Below, piece by piece: positions 49,442-62,297 of a stretch of 64,000 bases of DNA. Each line of letters starts with the position of its first letter. Position 1 is the stretch's first letter. The notes under the pieces are model-generated. The model searched no databases. It had not been told where the DNA came from and saw only the letters and a list, made by a program, of their open reading frames with translations. The position numbers were made by a program, and so were the translations under genes. This DNA comes from Monocercomonoides exilis PA203 (taxonomy: Eukaryota > Protista > Preaxostyla), in contig LSRY02000003.1 in assembly GCA_001643675.2 (NCBI GenBank), positions 682,001-746,000 of the forward strand. The letters are read 5' to 3'.

Positions 49442-50279
49442 AACAAAAGCAAACTCAAATAAAAAGAAGGAAGTATCACAATATTTTTAAATTTCGATCA
49501 ATAACTTATTTTAACAAAAGAAGATACTGATAACTCGTTTGTCGGATTATTTTTTGAAAGTGTAGCAGATGTATTCATTAAATGCTCTGAATTGGCATTG
49601 AATGATAAATCCAAAATATTCAATAATAAGAAAATGAAATTTTATAAAAACGAATGAATAGTACCACCTTTTAAAAAAGCTAATACATTTATGACCTCAA
49701 GAATTTTTTCTACGAATACCTTTTGTAAGTGTCAATTTCATAAATTCGAATTATTTGAGTTATTATTAAAAATTTACAATAATGAAAAAGCAATTCACGT
49801 AAAAAATGCAAAAAAGAAGGATTGAAAAATGTATAATTTCAAATAATAATACAGACCTTCAAATGCGAAAGCCCGAGTATTCGAAATATAAATAACAATA
49901 ATTCTTAAAATTAAACTTTTAAAAACAGTTAGCATAGTCATACCTTCAGAAAATAGGAGAATGCAACCAAATTACTTTTATAATGAGAAAAATCATTCCA
50001 ATAAATATCATAATTCATGATATTCATCTTTTGAAAAAAAAATGTTGAAACCCACAATTCAAATCAATAATTTTTATTTAATTAGCTTGATCATAAGATA
50101 CATAATTCTCAATAAACAAAAATAATTTGTGATGCAGCAATTTACATTTTCATAAAGCTCATTATGAGCCGAGTACGTCATAGAGACAAATTCGATAAAA
50201 AAAAATAGAAAAAGAAAAAATTTTCAGTTTTTTATATTTTAAAAAAAAGAATTTTCTTGATGAGAAGATTTGAATTGTT

Positions 50280-50916
50280 TTAAACAACACCAATCTTATT
50301 AGCAACATCAAGGGCTTCATATTGAGGAAGCAATCTGATGTAAGCTTTCTTTTCTCCCTTCGGTCTAAAATTGATAATTGATAAAATAAATAAATCATAC
50401 AAATTAATTTTATAAAACAAACGTAATAAGAGTATTAATCTTGCGAATCTTTACGTTGTACAGCTTTTCAAAAGCTCTCTTAATCTTTGGTTTTGATGCA
50501 CTCATTGAAACGATGAAAACAAGAGTGTTCAACTTTTCAACCTTTTGCATGGCTGACTCTGTTGTAACCGGATAACGGATGAGATCGTAGAAGTCATGTC
50601 CTTTGATTGGAGCAGCAGATTTACGGGGGAATTTTGGCTTTCTACGAAGATATAAAGTTTTTGGACGTCTGAAATGAACTGACCGACGTATTTTGTGTTG
50701 CTTTGCTAAGCACGTTTATTTTTAAATCGAATATTTGCACATTTATATGTAAGAATCATTTAACAATTATGAAAACGTCAAAAATAGTTAAAAGGAAATT
50801 TTCATAAGTTAATAAAAATAAAAATTTCAAATTATCATTAATAATGTATAGATGAATAATGCATTTTGATTAGCCGGAAGATAAAATTAGAACAACAAAC
50901 CTCTAACAGTTCTCAT
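50280..50916 (-). CDS. RPL23A: 60S ribosomal protein L23a (uL23), 3 exons
   Basis: Exons 50916-50901, 50705-50423, 50364-50280 give [63 protein letters not shown]. Confidence 0.95.
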
Positions 50917-52330
50917 CTGAATTAATATTGATGAATATTCCGTTGCTGAATTCAGATCAGCTTCTTCAAAAAAATGAAAAAGGGAATATTTTATACCAAT
51001 TCAATTTGATAATTTGAATAGATCCAAAAACGGATAGTTATCTAAAATGAGTTAGTGCTGAATTAGAATAAAATAGTTTTTATTTTCATTGATGATAAAC
51101 ATGCTTTTAAAAAACAAAAATTTGAAAAAAAAATAAGTTATAATGAGACAGAAATTTAGAATTTTATATATTTTCACAATCTCTAGCTTGTAAATAATAT
51201 CATCATTCTTTCCTTTTAATTTATAAGTCAAAATCTTCGGAGGCTTCCGTTATTTCGATTTGATGCAACTGAAATGTGGAAAGATTGAGCATTTGAAGAC
51301 TGTTTTAGCTATCCTTTTGAAAATTCAGTCTGTGAATAAGAAGGTTGAACTTGTAGTTTTGGAATACTGCAAAATTCATGCATTACACAAATGAAAGAAC
51401 CGTGTAACAAGCGTTTTCATTCTGCAGTATGAAAGACTTGTTGCATATGGTAAATGTTGAAAAACACGAGCTGCATCAAAACCGAAAAAGCAAAATGATT
51501 GCAAATCACTTCAAATTTCATAACAAAAATTTTCTTGAATCATGTTTTTTGCGATATGAATTGTTACATTGCAAAGCAGTTTAATATGTGAGCGTCATTT
51601 ATTTGTCATCAATATAAAAATTTGAATCAACGAAACAAATGGAGGAACTTGAATGGAAGAAAATATTTTTCAACAAAAACAATTTTGTTCGTACTTTTTT
51701 ATTCTTCGTTGAGGTTAGAAAACATAGCAAAACAAAACATAAATCGAAAAAATAAAAAATAAATAAAAAATGATAAAAAATATAAATATATTAAATTAAA
51801 AAAATAAAATTAAAAAAAAAAAATCATAATCGAAGAATTTCTTTTCAATGCTTTTATTCATTGCAAATACCACATATTACACTTCATGATGAAAAAATTA
51901 CACTTTTGACAAATAAATTCATATAAGTCAAAGGTGATATTTACCAGATTGTTTCTTGTTTTCTTCATTTTTTTCAGAAAGTTTTTTGTTTCGAATTTCT
52001 GCAACCAAACATTGACATTTTTCATTGTAAGATAAATAAAGAAAATTTCGTTAATTCTTTTTTCATGTTTGAATATGATTTGTTCAAATTTGAATATTTC
52101 AATTTGAAAAAAGTCTTTAAAAAGTCATCTACAAAAAATCATCTAACACTCACTTGAAAACATTCAGATCTCAAAAATCCCATCGCCATAAACCTTCGAC
52201 TTACCATCACATATATCTCAAAACTTATTGAAGTCTATTTTAATATTAATCTGAATATAAGCAAACGTGATGAAAAAACTATCATTCTTGTAAAACATTT
52301 ATTTTTGAACTTATTTCTTGTTTTCAGTTC

Positions 52331-55320
52331 TCATCCCTCTCCGAACATGCCTTTCATCTCATTCACTTCCATTTCCCCTTCTTTTTCGCATTCTTTGCTC
52401 TTATCGTTTTCTTCCAACTCTTCGCTGCTTTCCTCAAGAATGATTGCATCTGTCATCGTCACAACAAATGTCCCAGAAGGAAACAGCCCAACCAGCTCTT
52501 TCTTCACTTCAGTGAGTGTCGGTCTTTTCGATGCCTCTGCTGACAGACACGCATTCACCACATTCTTCAATCCACTCTCTTCAATCCCCCTCTCATCCGG
52601 CTTCTCTCCATCAGCAATCTTCTGCCCTGCCACTTCCCCTTCGTATTCTCCAAACGGGATCTCGAGTGTCACACACTCCCACAGCATCATCCCAATCGAG
52701 AATGCCACCGACTTCTCTGTTGCTCCCATCTTCCGGTTCATCACCAGCTCTGGCGCCTTCCACCTCAAACACTCCTTCCACTTGTCTTCATCATCCTCAA
52801 ACGCTGATGAGGGCAGAGAATCTCTTTCATCATCATCATCATCCTCCTCACTTGCAGATGTCACAATGGTGGTTGATGAGATTGAGGATGAATCCGAATC
52901 ATCAGATGACGAGGAGCAGTCGGAGTGGAGCGCAATGCAGATCACCATGTGCTCCGAGAACAGCACAATGTGCGGACTCAGCTCTCGCAAAGAGGGAAGT
53001 TCGTCTTCCTCATCTTCAAGCGAGTGCAAAGCTCCATTCGCCACCCAGAACAGCATCTGCACTCCTGTCATCTCCCTCTCCTTCAGAGTGCCAATCGCCA
53101 GATCTTTCTTCTCATTCCTCCCATGAAGCAACATGAACAACGAATCTCTCAGATCCACAATCAACTTTTCATAAGGCGATGAACATGCCATTGCATCCAC
53201 CAGATTCGACATCGATGAAGTTGTGGGAAACAAATCCTCCCCTCGAACAAATGCGGTTTCTGTATCTGCTGATGAGATGGATGGTGATGAAGTTCGCTTT
53301 CGTGTTTCTTCTTCCTTCTCCAAATCCCATTCTCCATTTTTATCAGAATCTTTTCCAAAAATGTATTCAGTTGATCCACTTTCAGCCAAAAGATGCTCTG
53401 ATGACTCCGAATGACCCAAGTTTTTCTCATACACCCTCTTCTTAATTCTCTCATCGTTCTTCTTCTCTGCCTCCCTCTCTGCTCTTCTCCACTGTTCCTC
53501 AGGTGACATCTCCATCGTCACCATCTCAAATGCCTTCGGATCTTTTCTGATGTTGTCATTCACAATTTCTCTCAGATCTTCTGCTTCATTCTTAACCTTC
53601 CTCCATCGAACAGCCAAAACAACAATTATTGTCAGCAAAATTATAAATATGAAGCATGCAATCACAATAACAATCCACCACGACTTCTTCTCATTTCCTC
53701 CTTCAACAATCCTTTCATCATCTTTTGGAGGAGTAATGCTTGCATTTTTCAGAATGAATGAATTTGTTGAAGAAGGAGATTCTGCATTCCCAAACAAAAC
53801 AGAAACACTCACCTCGATTTCATCTCCACAACTGCTGATGAGATCTCTTGCCACACTTCCTTCTGCTTCTCTTTCTGATAAATGCTCACTTGAATCAAAA
53901 TCATATTTTACAATCTCTTTCTCTTCTCCCTTCCTCTTCACAACTGAGAATGACAGATTGCATGGAACAAGAAGCATTCCTTTGAATGTCAGCTTCATTC
54001 TATCTGTCTCTTCTTTTGCTTCCACACTCTCCAACACAGGAATGAAAAGTGATGAATCTCTCTCAGAAACAATTCCTTCAAAAGAGCACCCATCATTCAA
54101 CATTCAAAGTGATGCGTTTCTCTCCAATCCATCTCCTCCTTTCAAACTCACCGCTTTCGATGTTCCTGAATCTTAGCAGATAAAATTTCTTCTCAATGAT
54201 GAAGATCCTTCAATGGACGGATTGTTATCGACAAATTCAACTTTCACAATATTTTCATTTCCTCCACAAATAGAAAGACCTCCATCAGAGCAGTTCACAA
54301 AACTCGTATCCTTTATCTCCCCTGAGCTCTCTTTCACCTCAACAAGTGACACATTCCATTTGCAAGCATCAACTTCCTCATTCAAATTTTTTTCATTTGT
54401 TTTCCCATCAAGCAAGTATTGCTTCATCTAAATATTTTTGCGCATCAAAAGATCCATCATCTTCACTTTCTTTCTTTTTGATGAACACCCACCAAACGAA
54501 CAGTTCGAAAACTCTACATTTCCTTCGATCATTTCACATCAACCATCCCTGCACTCTCATTAACACATGTGACGTTTTCAAATGAAGATGATAATATGGA
54601 AAACGAAAGCTCACTTTCTTCTCTGTTATTTGAACCTTGTCCTCTTCCACAAATATTCATAAACCATCCATTTTTTATCTTCACATTTCCTGATTCCACT
54701 TTTTTCATCTTCACATTCCCACCTCCATTTATTTTTAAACAGTCCTTGCTTGCCTTAATATTATTGAGTTTCAGCACACTCACTTCAGTGTTTTCATCTA
54801 TTAGAATTACAGCCTCACTCAAAAATAAAAGCCACGAGACGCTCACATTCCCCATTGAGCATCTCCCTCATTCCACAAATATCAGACAGAATGACACTAG
54901 CACCATTTCCTCCCCAGCTGAGCACGCTCCTTCAAGCGAACACACGCTGATCAATATCTTTCCTGAACTTATCTTCATGAATGAAGAATGCGTTGTTGGA
55001 AATGGAGTTAGTGTGGATTCCACTTCTTCAAATGCAAATTGTATTTATCGCACATACACCTGCCCAGCCGTCTCCACAATCATTTCTTTGCTGCAATTCA
55101 TCCTCTCTATCACAACCACTCGACTCTGTTCTTCATGCATCCCGCTCACTGTGAGTGTGCTTAATCTAACTTCCTCATCAATCACAGATTCCTCATCGAC
55201 AAACATCTGATCGAAGAAATCGTTTGGAAGATGCTTCAGCCCAAACCCAATTGTTGTCCATGGAAGTGAAGGCTTCACATACTGCTGCTCATTGTTTCCT
55301 CTTTTTCGTTCTTTGTTCTA
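52331..55320 (-). pseudogene. 5'-truncated, partly decayed paralog of the receptor pseudokinase; last 590 codons (52331-54103) still open
   Basis: Cytoplasmic region nearly identical to ORF 15947..25051. Upstream of 54103 there are stops (W>TGA at ~54105, TAA at 54173) and frameshifts. Confidence 0.88.
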
Positions 55321-58300
55321 GAGCCTGATTGTGCATGATTTGAATTTTTCAAAAACTTTTCAAAAACAGGACAATAAGAAGAAATAAGTTTGATATCCGC
55401 TGAAATCAAAAATGAGATAAAAAAATGCAAATGTATGAGAACTCTCAAAATTTTGTGAATGTCGACATTCACTAAATAACGACTAATGAATTTAACTTTT
55501 GTTATGAAACAAAAAATGAAACCAATAGGGAGTTTATCCTGGGAGGCTGATTCTGGCCCCAAAGCCTGCAAGGGATTGTGCTGGACCGGTAACAGCACAA
55601 TCCCAGGATGGAATCAGCCTAGCCACTTCATTGCATCAATGCAAAAAAGCAGTACCCCAAAATTATGTCAAAAACATAATAATTAGAGCTTGAGCAATAA
55701 ACATTCCTGTTGGAAAAATATTTTTTGTTTTCAAAACAAAAGTTTGATTCATCAAAAAAAGTGAAAAATCAAATATTAGGTACAAAGATTGAAGATAAAC
55801 TGCAATCACGAAAATTTGAACAATTATTAATTCTATTATTTAGCATATTTTGTGTTTGATTTCCAATTATGTTCTTTGAAGGATTTGACTTGAAACATTC
55901 ATTGTTTTTTCTTTTCCTTTCGTCTCTTGATCGCGACTCCTTATATGCTATTCTTGATTCGCCTTCAGAGTTTTTCGGTGAAAAGACAGAGCGAAAAATT
56001 TCCTTCCCTCGTTTTTCGTAAAACAAATACGTTTTCAATGACTGAACTTCCATTTTCTTCCATAGTATGATATTGCTTGGAATGTATCTGAAATTGTAAT
56101 CAAAAAAAAAATGAACATTATATTAACACAAGAAAAGAAAACAAACTTTAAAAAGTATCTTCTTATAGAATTTGATGATTCATTCAAATTGGTTTCAGGA
56201 GACATTCCATTAAGAGAATATTTCTGAAAAAACTCAATCAAGTCATCAATATTATTCAACTCTGTTTCACCGTCAATGTTGTCGTTGATGCACCTTGTCA
56301 AATAACCGAATTCTCCGTCGCATTCACACTTTCCGTGTTTCTCGCAAAAGAATGAAAGTGTGCAATGCTTTCCACGCGCAAAGCGAGAAGAATCAGATAA
56401 GAGATAATGGAAAAGATAAGAATTTCGAAAGTGTGTTCCAGTGTCACACATAAAATGAAAAGTCTTTCTTTGTTGCAGAAAACTCAATCTCAACACGTTA
56501 TCGAGACAGTCGATTACAAAACGATAATCGTGTGACATCACGTTTGACAAAAAATTGAAAACATGCTTTTCTATATTATTTTCTTTATTTCTCAGATAGA
56601 CAATGATGCACAGATGAGACACCTCATGTTTGTTGTAGAAGTCCTTGCTGATATTGTTTTGCTTAATAGGCACATTCCAGTTTTCTTTAAAGTCGAACAA
56701 AAGCAATGCTTCATCTTTCGATATGTTATTTTTCAAAAGACGAAAGTGAGATTGTTGATTGGACGCAATTTTCTTATGATTCTCAATTAATGACATAATG
56801 ACATTTTCATTTGCATCAAGTTGCTTTCCTTGTGTGATTAGATACTCCTTCCTCTTTTGAAGCGATTCATATCTCTGACAAAGATCACAGAGATCAGAAC
56901 GCCTTTTGGCACGCTTTAAGTGAGTCGTTTTTTTGTAGAATGTGCTGAGAGACATTTTTATGTTCAACTCTTTAAATTTATCGTATAGCTTTGTTTTTGG
57001 CATGGAAATAAGTCTGGTTAGTTGCTTGTGCACAGTTGTCTCTCGCTTCGAACTTGCTTGATCATTAGATTTCAACGGATGAGAAAAACAAAATTCTTTA
57101 TATTGATGATAATGAGAAGTTGAATGCATATTTCTTTGAGTTATTTTATTTGGTGATTTACATGTGGAGTTGGAAATGATAGATTTTGCGTGTTGTTTTT
57201 CATTTTTTGATACAGATAATGAGTTGGAAAATGATTGTGTTGTATCATCAATTGATCTTGAATGATGTGAAATGGAGTTTTTTTCTGATTCAATGAATGA
57301 ATTTGATGAAGTGTTTGTATTGAAATACTGTGAAGTGAAGTTAGAAGTGTTTGGAATGTTGGAAATAAATTCAACAGATGTTCTTTGTTGATTATTCTGT
57401 TGAAACGAAGAAGTGGGGAGCACTTGTGAAGTGAAAACATTTGAGATTGTTGAAAAAGTTTTCTCAGATGAATTCTGTTGACGAGAAATAAACGTGTTGT
57501 TCGTTAGTGTTGGGGAAAATGGAATTTCAACAGAGTCCCGCTCATTATAGTTCACTTGAGCATAGACAGAAAGAATTGGTACGTTTCCACAACTTGCTTG
57601 TTCATCAATGATTGTTTGAATGTTGTTGCGAACGTGTGACACGTATGAATCGTTGCAATAAATCCAACCAAAACTTTGATTTGAAGATGAATAACTTAAC
57701 AATTTGTGATGTTTGCATAAGCAAAAGAAATGCCCATTTTCATTGTTCTCAATGTGAAAAAGCAAAGCAATAAGTGAATAATTGTGAGCTCCTTCAACAT
57801 GCTTTTTTAAGGCGTTGATTTCTCCATTTTCTTTTACAAAGCTAATGTTTTCGTCAATACAAAAATTCACGCTATGTTTTCCTTTTTCTTTTTCCAGAGA
57901 AATGGCAAAAAATTTGGGAAAAGAAAGAATATACAAGTTTGAAAAATGATTTGTTGTTTGTTTGCAATTTGAGCAAAATGCTTCCTTGTTGTTTGAATTT
58001 GAAAATTTAATAGTGAATGATTCATTGAATGATTGAACAATGTTGCTTCCATTAAGCCTAATAATCGGCGTTGATTCCAAAGCGCCAATTGTTTTGGAAC
58101 CACAACAACAGCAAATTCTTGGGAATGTTATGTTCATGTTCATCAAGTTATTCAATTCTGGCAGCACACAGATTAAATCACTGAACATGTTGGTAAATGT
58201 GAGATAAAATTCTTGTTGAGCCCTTTGCTCAAGCCTGTGCCTTGTTTCCCAATTTCTTGCAAAAGGCTCCGTCCACGAACAATTGTCAAATGAATGCGTT

Positions 58301-60300
58301 GGTGATGAACTTTTCGATGAGTAATACACAATTGAGAACAATTTTGTATGAAATGAAGACAGTTTTCCTTTTCTTTTTTGAATCTTGCCACAATGAGTCA
58401 CAATAACTCTAAATATTTGAATGACAGAGGCAAGGCAACATGTATTTCCATAATTGTGCAGTGATAAATTGTTCAGAATATCTGATAAGATTATTGTGAT
58501 CATTTTGATTCACATGATGGTCATCAAAATTTGAAGCTGGTTCAATAATGGTATTATCGATCTGATTGTCAAATTGGTTGCTTGAAGAATGACAGCAGTC
58601 AGTATCCATTCGTATATCTTCATTTCTCAGATATAACATATCTTTATTGCTGTCATGACAACGCTCAACATCATCATGCAAACAAATAATTGGTGTTTGT
58701 TCAAAAAGTTCTCCAACTTCACACTGCAATGATGAATGAGCACCTTCGTATTCAACTTCCATGTTATTGTCATTTTCATTCGTAAAGGGGGAAATATTAC
58801 TCTCTGAAAATTCATAACTCGAATTTTCTTCAGGAATGAAATAGTTTTTCAGAGGATCATCGTCCTGCTCCATATTCGAATCACTGTTGATGATAGTAAA
58901 ATCGTCATCAAAAGAAACAAAATGATCTTTCTCTGTTTTTTGATTAAAGAAAAGATGTTTAATTTTATCAATTTTAGAAATTGTTCCAAAAATTAGTAAT
59001 AAAAAAAGCAGACTTTTTTTCGAATGAGAAATTCGACAGATATTTTCAGACGATTCAGTCGAATTTTCCAATAAAAACTTCTGAAAAACCGCTTCATCTT
59101 CACTTGATAATTTTAAACATTTATTTATAAAAATAAAAAAGAAAAGAAATGAAAATTATTTAAAAAAAAAAAGAAACTTTTCTTTGAAGGTGGAATAGGA
59201 GGTTTTTGTGGAGATCCAATTTCAAAGGAGAGATTGCTGCTGTTCTGTTTTGCGTGGTTGTAGTTGCCGGCCGAACAGCTGAATCCAAACTGCCGCAAAT
59301 GCGAAAGAGAGTATTCATGACATACACTCTTTAATAAGGCAACTTTTGTGTGGATGTTTTGTTTGTTGTTATATATGCTGACAATTCTCATTAAAACGAA
59401 ATTGTTTGTATCTGATGAAATAATGTGAATTGTTTGATTATTGATTATAACAAATAATAATAAATTATAACAAACCATTAAACATTTTCTGAATTCTTGC
59501 TGAAATAGCTTTCCCCTTGTTTGTGTGCAGCAGCATGAACTCCAGCAGCTCAGACACTTGGTTGGATGAAATTTTTTCCATGTATTGCCAAACAGCGGAA
59601 CACTTCTCGCTTTTTCTTGAAGGAGACAAAATAGAAAACTGCATTTATCAATGTGATAAATTGGTAAAAAATTATTTTTGTTCACAAAGAAAAAATGAAG
59701 CGATAAAGGTTATCGCTTCCATAATCTGAATATATATCTCCTTTTTTTTCACAATGGAAAATTTCATGTGAAAAATTTCCTTCAAACAAGCAAATTCAAT
59801 CCATTATTATAATCCCTTCCGTTTTCATTTCTTTTTCTTTTTGATATTTTTTTTTGATTGCTTTTTTATTCAACTTTCGGCTTCTTCTATAAATTGAAGT
59901 TGCAATTTCAAAGACGAAGTGTACGCTGTATTGTCATGTTGGAAAGACAAAAGCTACTAAAAACTTTGAGTGCTATGCAAAGAAGTTCGTTGATGATTGT
60001 GTTGAAGATTTTCAACATCAGAAACTATTTTTGTTCGTGAATTGCTCTGTGGGTTTGAATCGAATTGATATGAACACTTGACAAAAACAACAAACAATGC
60101 AACATGCTGTGCATTTATGTGAATGACGGAAATATTTTACTATTGTGAAAACAAATTTAAAAGTATTCTCTGAGTTTGCATTATTTCGCAATTTTACAGA
60201 TTTTTATAGAAAACAAACTATGTTCCACTATTTTTTTAGGAAAGTTCTTTGAATTCGGAAATTTATTTCTTTTCATCGTTAAAATTGATTTTTTCAAAAT
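55321..60300 (-). mobile_element. Putative Sola2-like DNA transposon carrying a USP deubiquitinase domain (boundaries approximate)
   Basis: Abuts the truncation point of the receptor pseudogene and encodes a spliced DDD transposase. No convincing TIR/TSD pair found. Confidence 0.65.
55769..59630 (-). CDS. Multi-exon USP(C19)-DDD transposase fusion; 5' end unresolved, one frame discontinuity near 58480
   Basis: ORF 56035..58503 has the USP Cys box NYGNTCCLASVIQ and His box FH....NGHFFC..WIYCND, then SLSTFYK, DLCDLC, FDFKEN, CDTGTHFRN, HGKCECDGEFG. A 59-nt intron (56146-56088) joins it in frame to ORF 55769..56053. Confidence 0.8.
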
Positions 60301-60829
60301 CCATATCAAAGAAAAATCTCAATATATAAATCTTTTTTCAAAACTTTTTTTGAAGTGTGTTCAGACAGAAAAGTTCTTCTTTTGAAGATTGAAATATTCT
60401 CTATATTTGTATTGATATTGTTTTATTCAGGTTATCTTGAAAGTTTGTTCTTTTCAAAATGGAAAATTCCTTGAAGTGTGAATAAATAAGCTAATGCGTC
60501 AATACATCTGTTTGAATCAGAATCAATAACAATAATAATAATACCATCCTGCTTTTTGATATCTTTTATTTCCCTTCCCCAAATGAAGATTTTTCATCTC
60601 ATTCATTCACTCCTGCTCTTCTTCTTTCTTTCTTTCTCCTTTTCTTTCTTTTCTATCTCTTAATTTTCATCTTTCTCTTCCATTTTTCCTTTTTCTTCCT
60701 CTCTTCCATGCGGCACTAGTGCTGCTTCTTCCTTTCTCCTTTCTCCTTCTCTTTCTATTTCGACTCCAACGTACACAATTCATCCTTCATCCGTTCCTTC
60801 CATTCCTTCTTCTTCAACATTCAACACAA

Positions 60830-62297
60830 TCTGAAGAAGCATGCCAACCTGGTTCTCCATTAAAGATATGAGGAAGCAAAGAGAAGAAGACGGTGAAAGG
60901 TGAAAAGCCATAATACTTATCAACATCATTTCAGCACTTGCAGTTGACAGTTCGGATGTGTCTACGATGAATGCTTTATGCACATTGGCAGCAGTGATGG
61001 ACAACATATAGAGGCGGCTGCATATTGTGGTGCCTGAGCCAGCTGAAGTGAATGAAAATCACAGATAGTCGTTTCTGAGGGAGCAACAGACGCTGCGAAG
61101 ATATGTTGTTGTGCGTTGGGGTGTGATGTGTGGAGGTGTTGCTTGCACCTGGATTATTGCACTTTTTGCAAAGCTTTCGGTTCTGCTAGTGATGCAGCTT
61201 GAGTCACTTGCAGCGTCGGTGGGCACGAAGTCGGGGAGCAAGCGGATCCTTGCAGCGGCAGATGTGAATACGTTCCCGTCGATCTGCGATCTGTTTGACC
61301 TGTTGCTGCAGATGTGGTGATAGCCGCAGTCGAGGCGTGTGGTGGTGAAGCTGGAGAGATTATGGAGGAGGAGCTGGAGCGGGCGGGGCTGAGGATGGAG
61401 GATGAGGTTCTATCATCTGCAGTGATTGCGCTGGTGGTGCTGGAGGAGCGGGAAGAAGCAGAGGAAGGAGAAAAGGGAGGCAAAGAGGGAGAAGAAAAGG
61501 GAGAAGAAAATGGAGAAGAAGATGGAGGGAGAGAGGTAGGTGATGGGAATGAGGAGAACGGCAGGTATCCTACAGCGCACAGAGAGTATGTGGAGAAAAT
61601 CAAAGAGAAACAGGGGAAACTGGAAGAAACGATGTCGCCGCTGGTTGTGGAGGCGCTTGGGCTGAGTGGGCTGAGGTTTGTAAAGGCAGAGGCTGAGGCG
61701 GGTGCAAACAAGCAGCATTCAGAAGAACCAGAATTGTGCAGTTCTTCTCCATCCGATGGAACCCAACTGGAGAACAGGAGGGCAGAAGAAGAAGAGGCAG
61801 ATGGGTCTTTGGGCATAACTTTTGATGGAAGTGCAGAGAGAGTGAGAAAAGATGAGGAACAAGTGGAAATGTCTGCGAATGGTTTGGAGATGAATGAGGA
61901 GCGAGGAAAAGAGAGTGGTTTGATTGACTTGGAGGAAGAAGTGGAAGAAGAAAGAGATAATAAGGGATTGAGGAAAGGTACACACAACAAAGTATTCCAA
62001 TACCCTCAAAAGCCAAAGGAATATAAAAAAACTGTAAAGAATTTGACTGGGGATGAATTATGTGACACATTGGAAAAGCTTGAAAAGTTGCCTGGGTTAT
62101 TTTGTGAGGAAGAAACGCTGCCTCTTCTGCAGCCATTGGGAGAACAGAGGGAAGAAGGAGGGGAAGGGAAGAGAGGAGCAGCAAAACATCGTCTTCTTGG
62201 TTGGAACAATGACATTCGGAATTGTTTGAAAAGACGGAATATGATGAATGAGCATCATCCTTCTCCTTCTTCACCATTATCACCTTCATTTGCCTAA
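60830..62297 (+). pseudogene. Fragmented gene of unknown family (Glu/Gly-rich)
   Basis: GC-richer, coding-like sequence split across ORFs 61111 and 61314; no family recognised. Confidence 0.35.

Noticed and set aside
55536-55620. HDV-like or hammerhead ribozyme
   Set aside because: No P1 partner or catalytic-C J4/2 in HDV order on either strand, and no CUGANGA/GAAA core. Kept only as an unclassified structure.
59125-59130. Non-canonical TAA acceptor restoring frame in the transposase 5' region
   Set aside because: Equally explained by a G>A mutation or a wrong exon model; cannot be supported without transcripts.
60121-60260. Right TIR of the Sola-like element
   Set aside because: Only weak AT-rich similarity to the reverse complement of 55340-55460; no terminal match or TSD.
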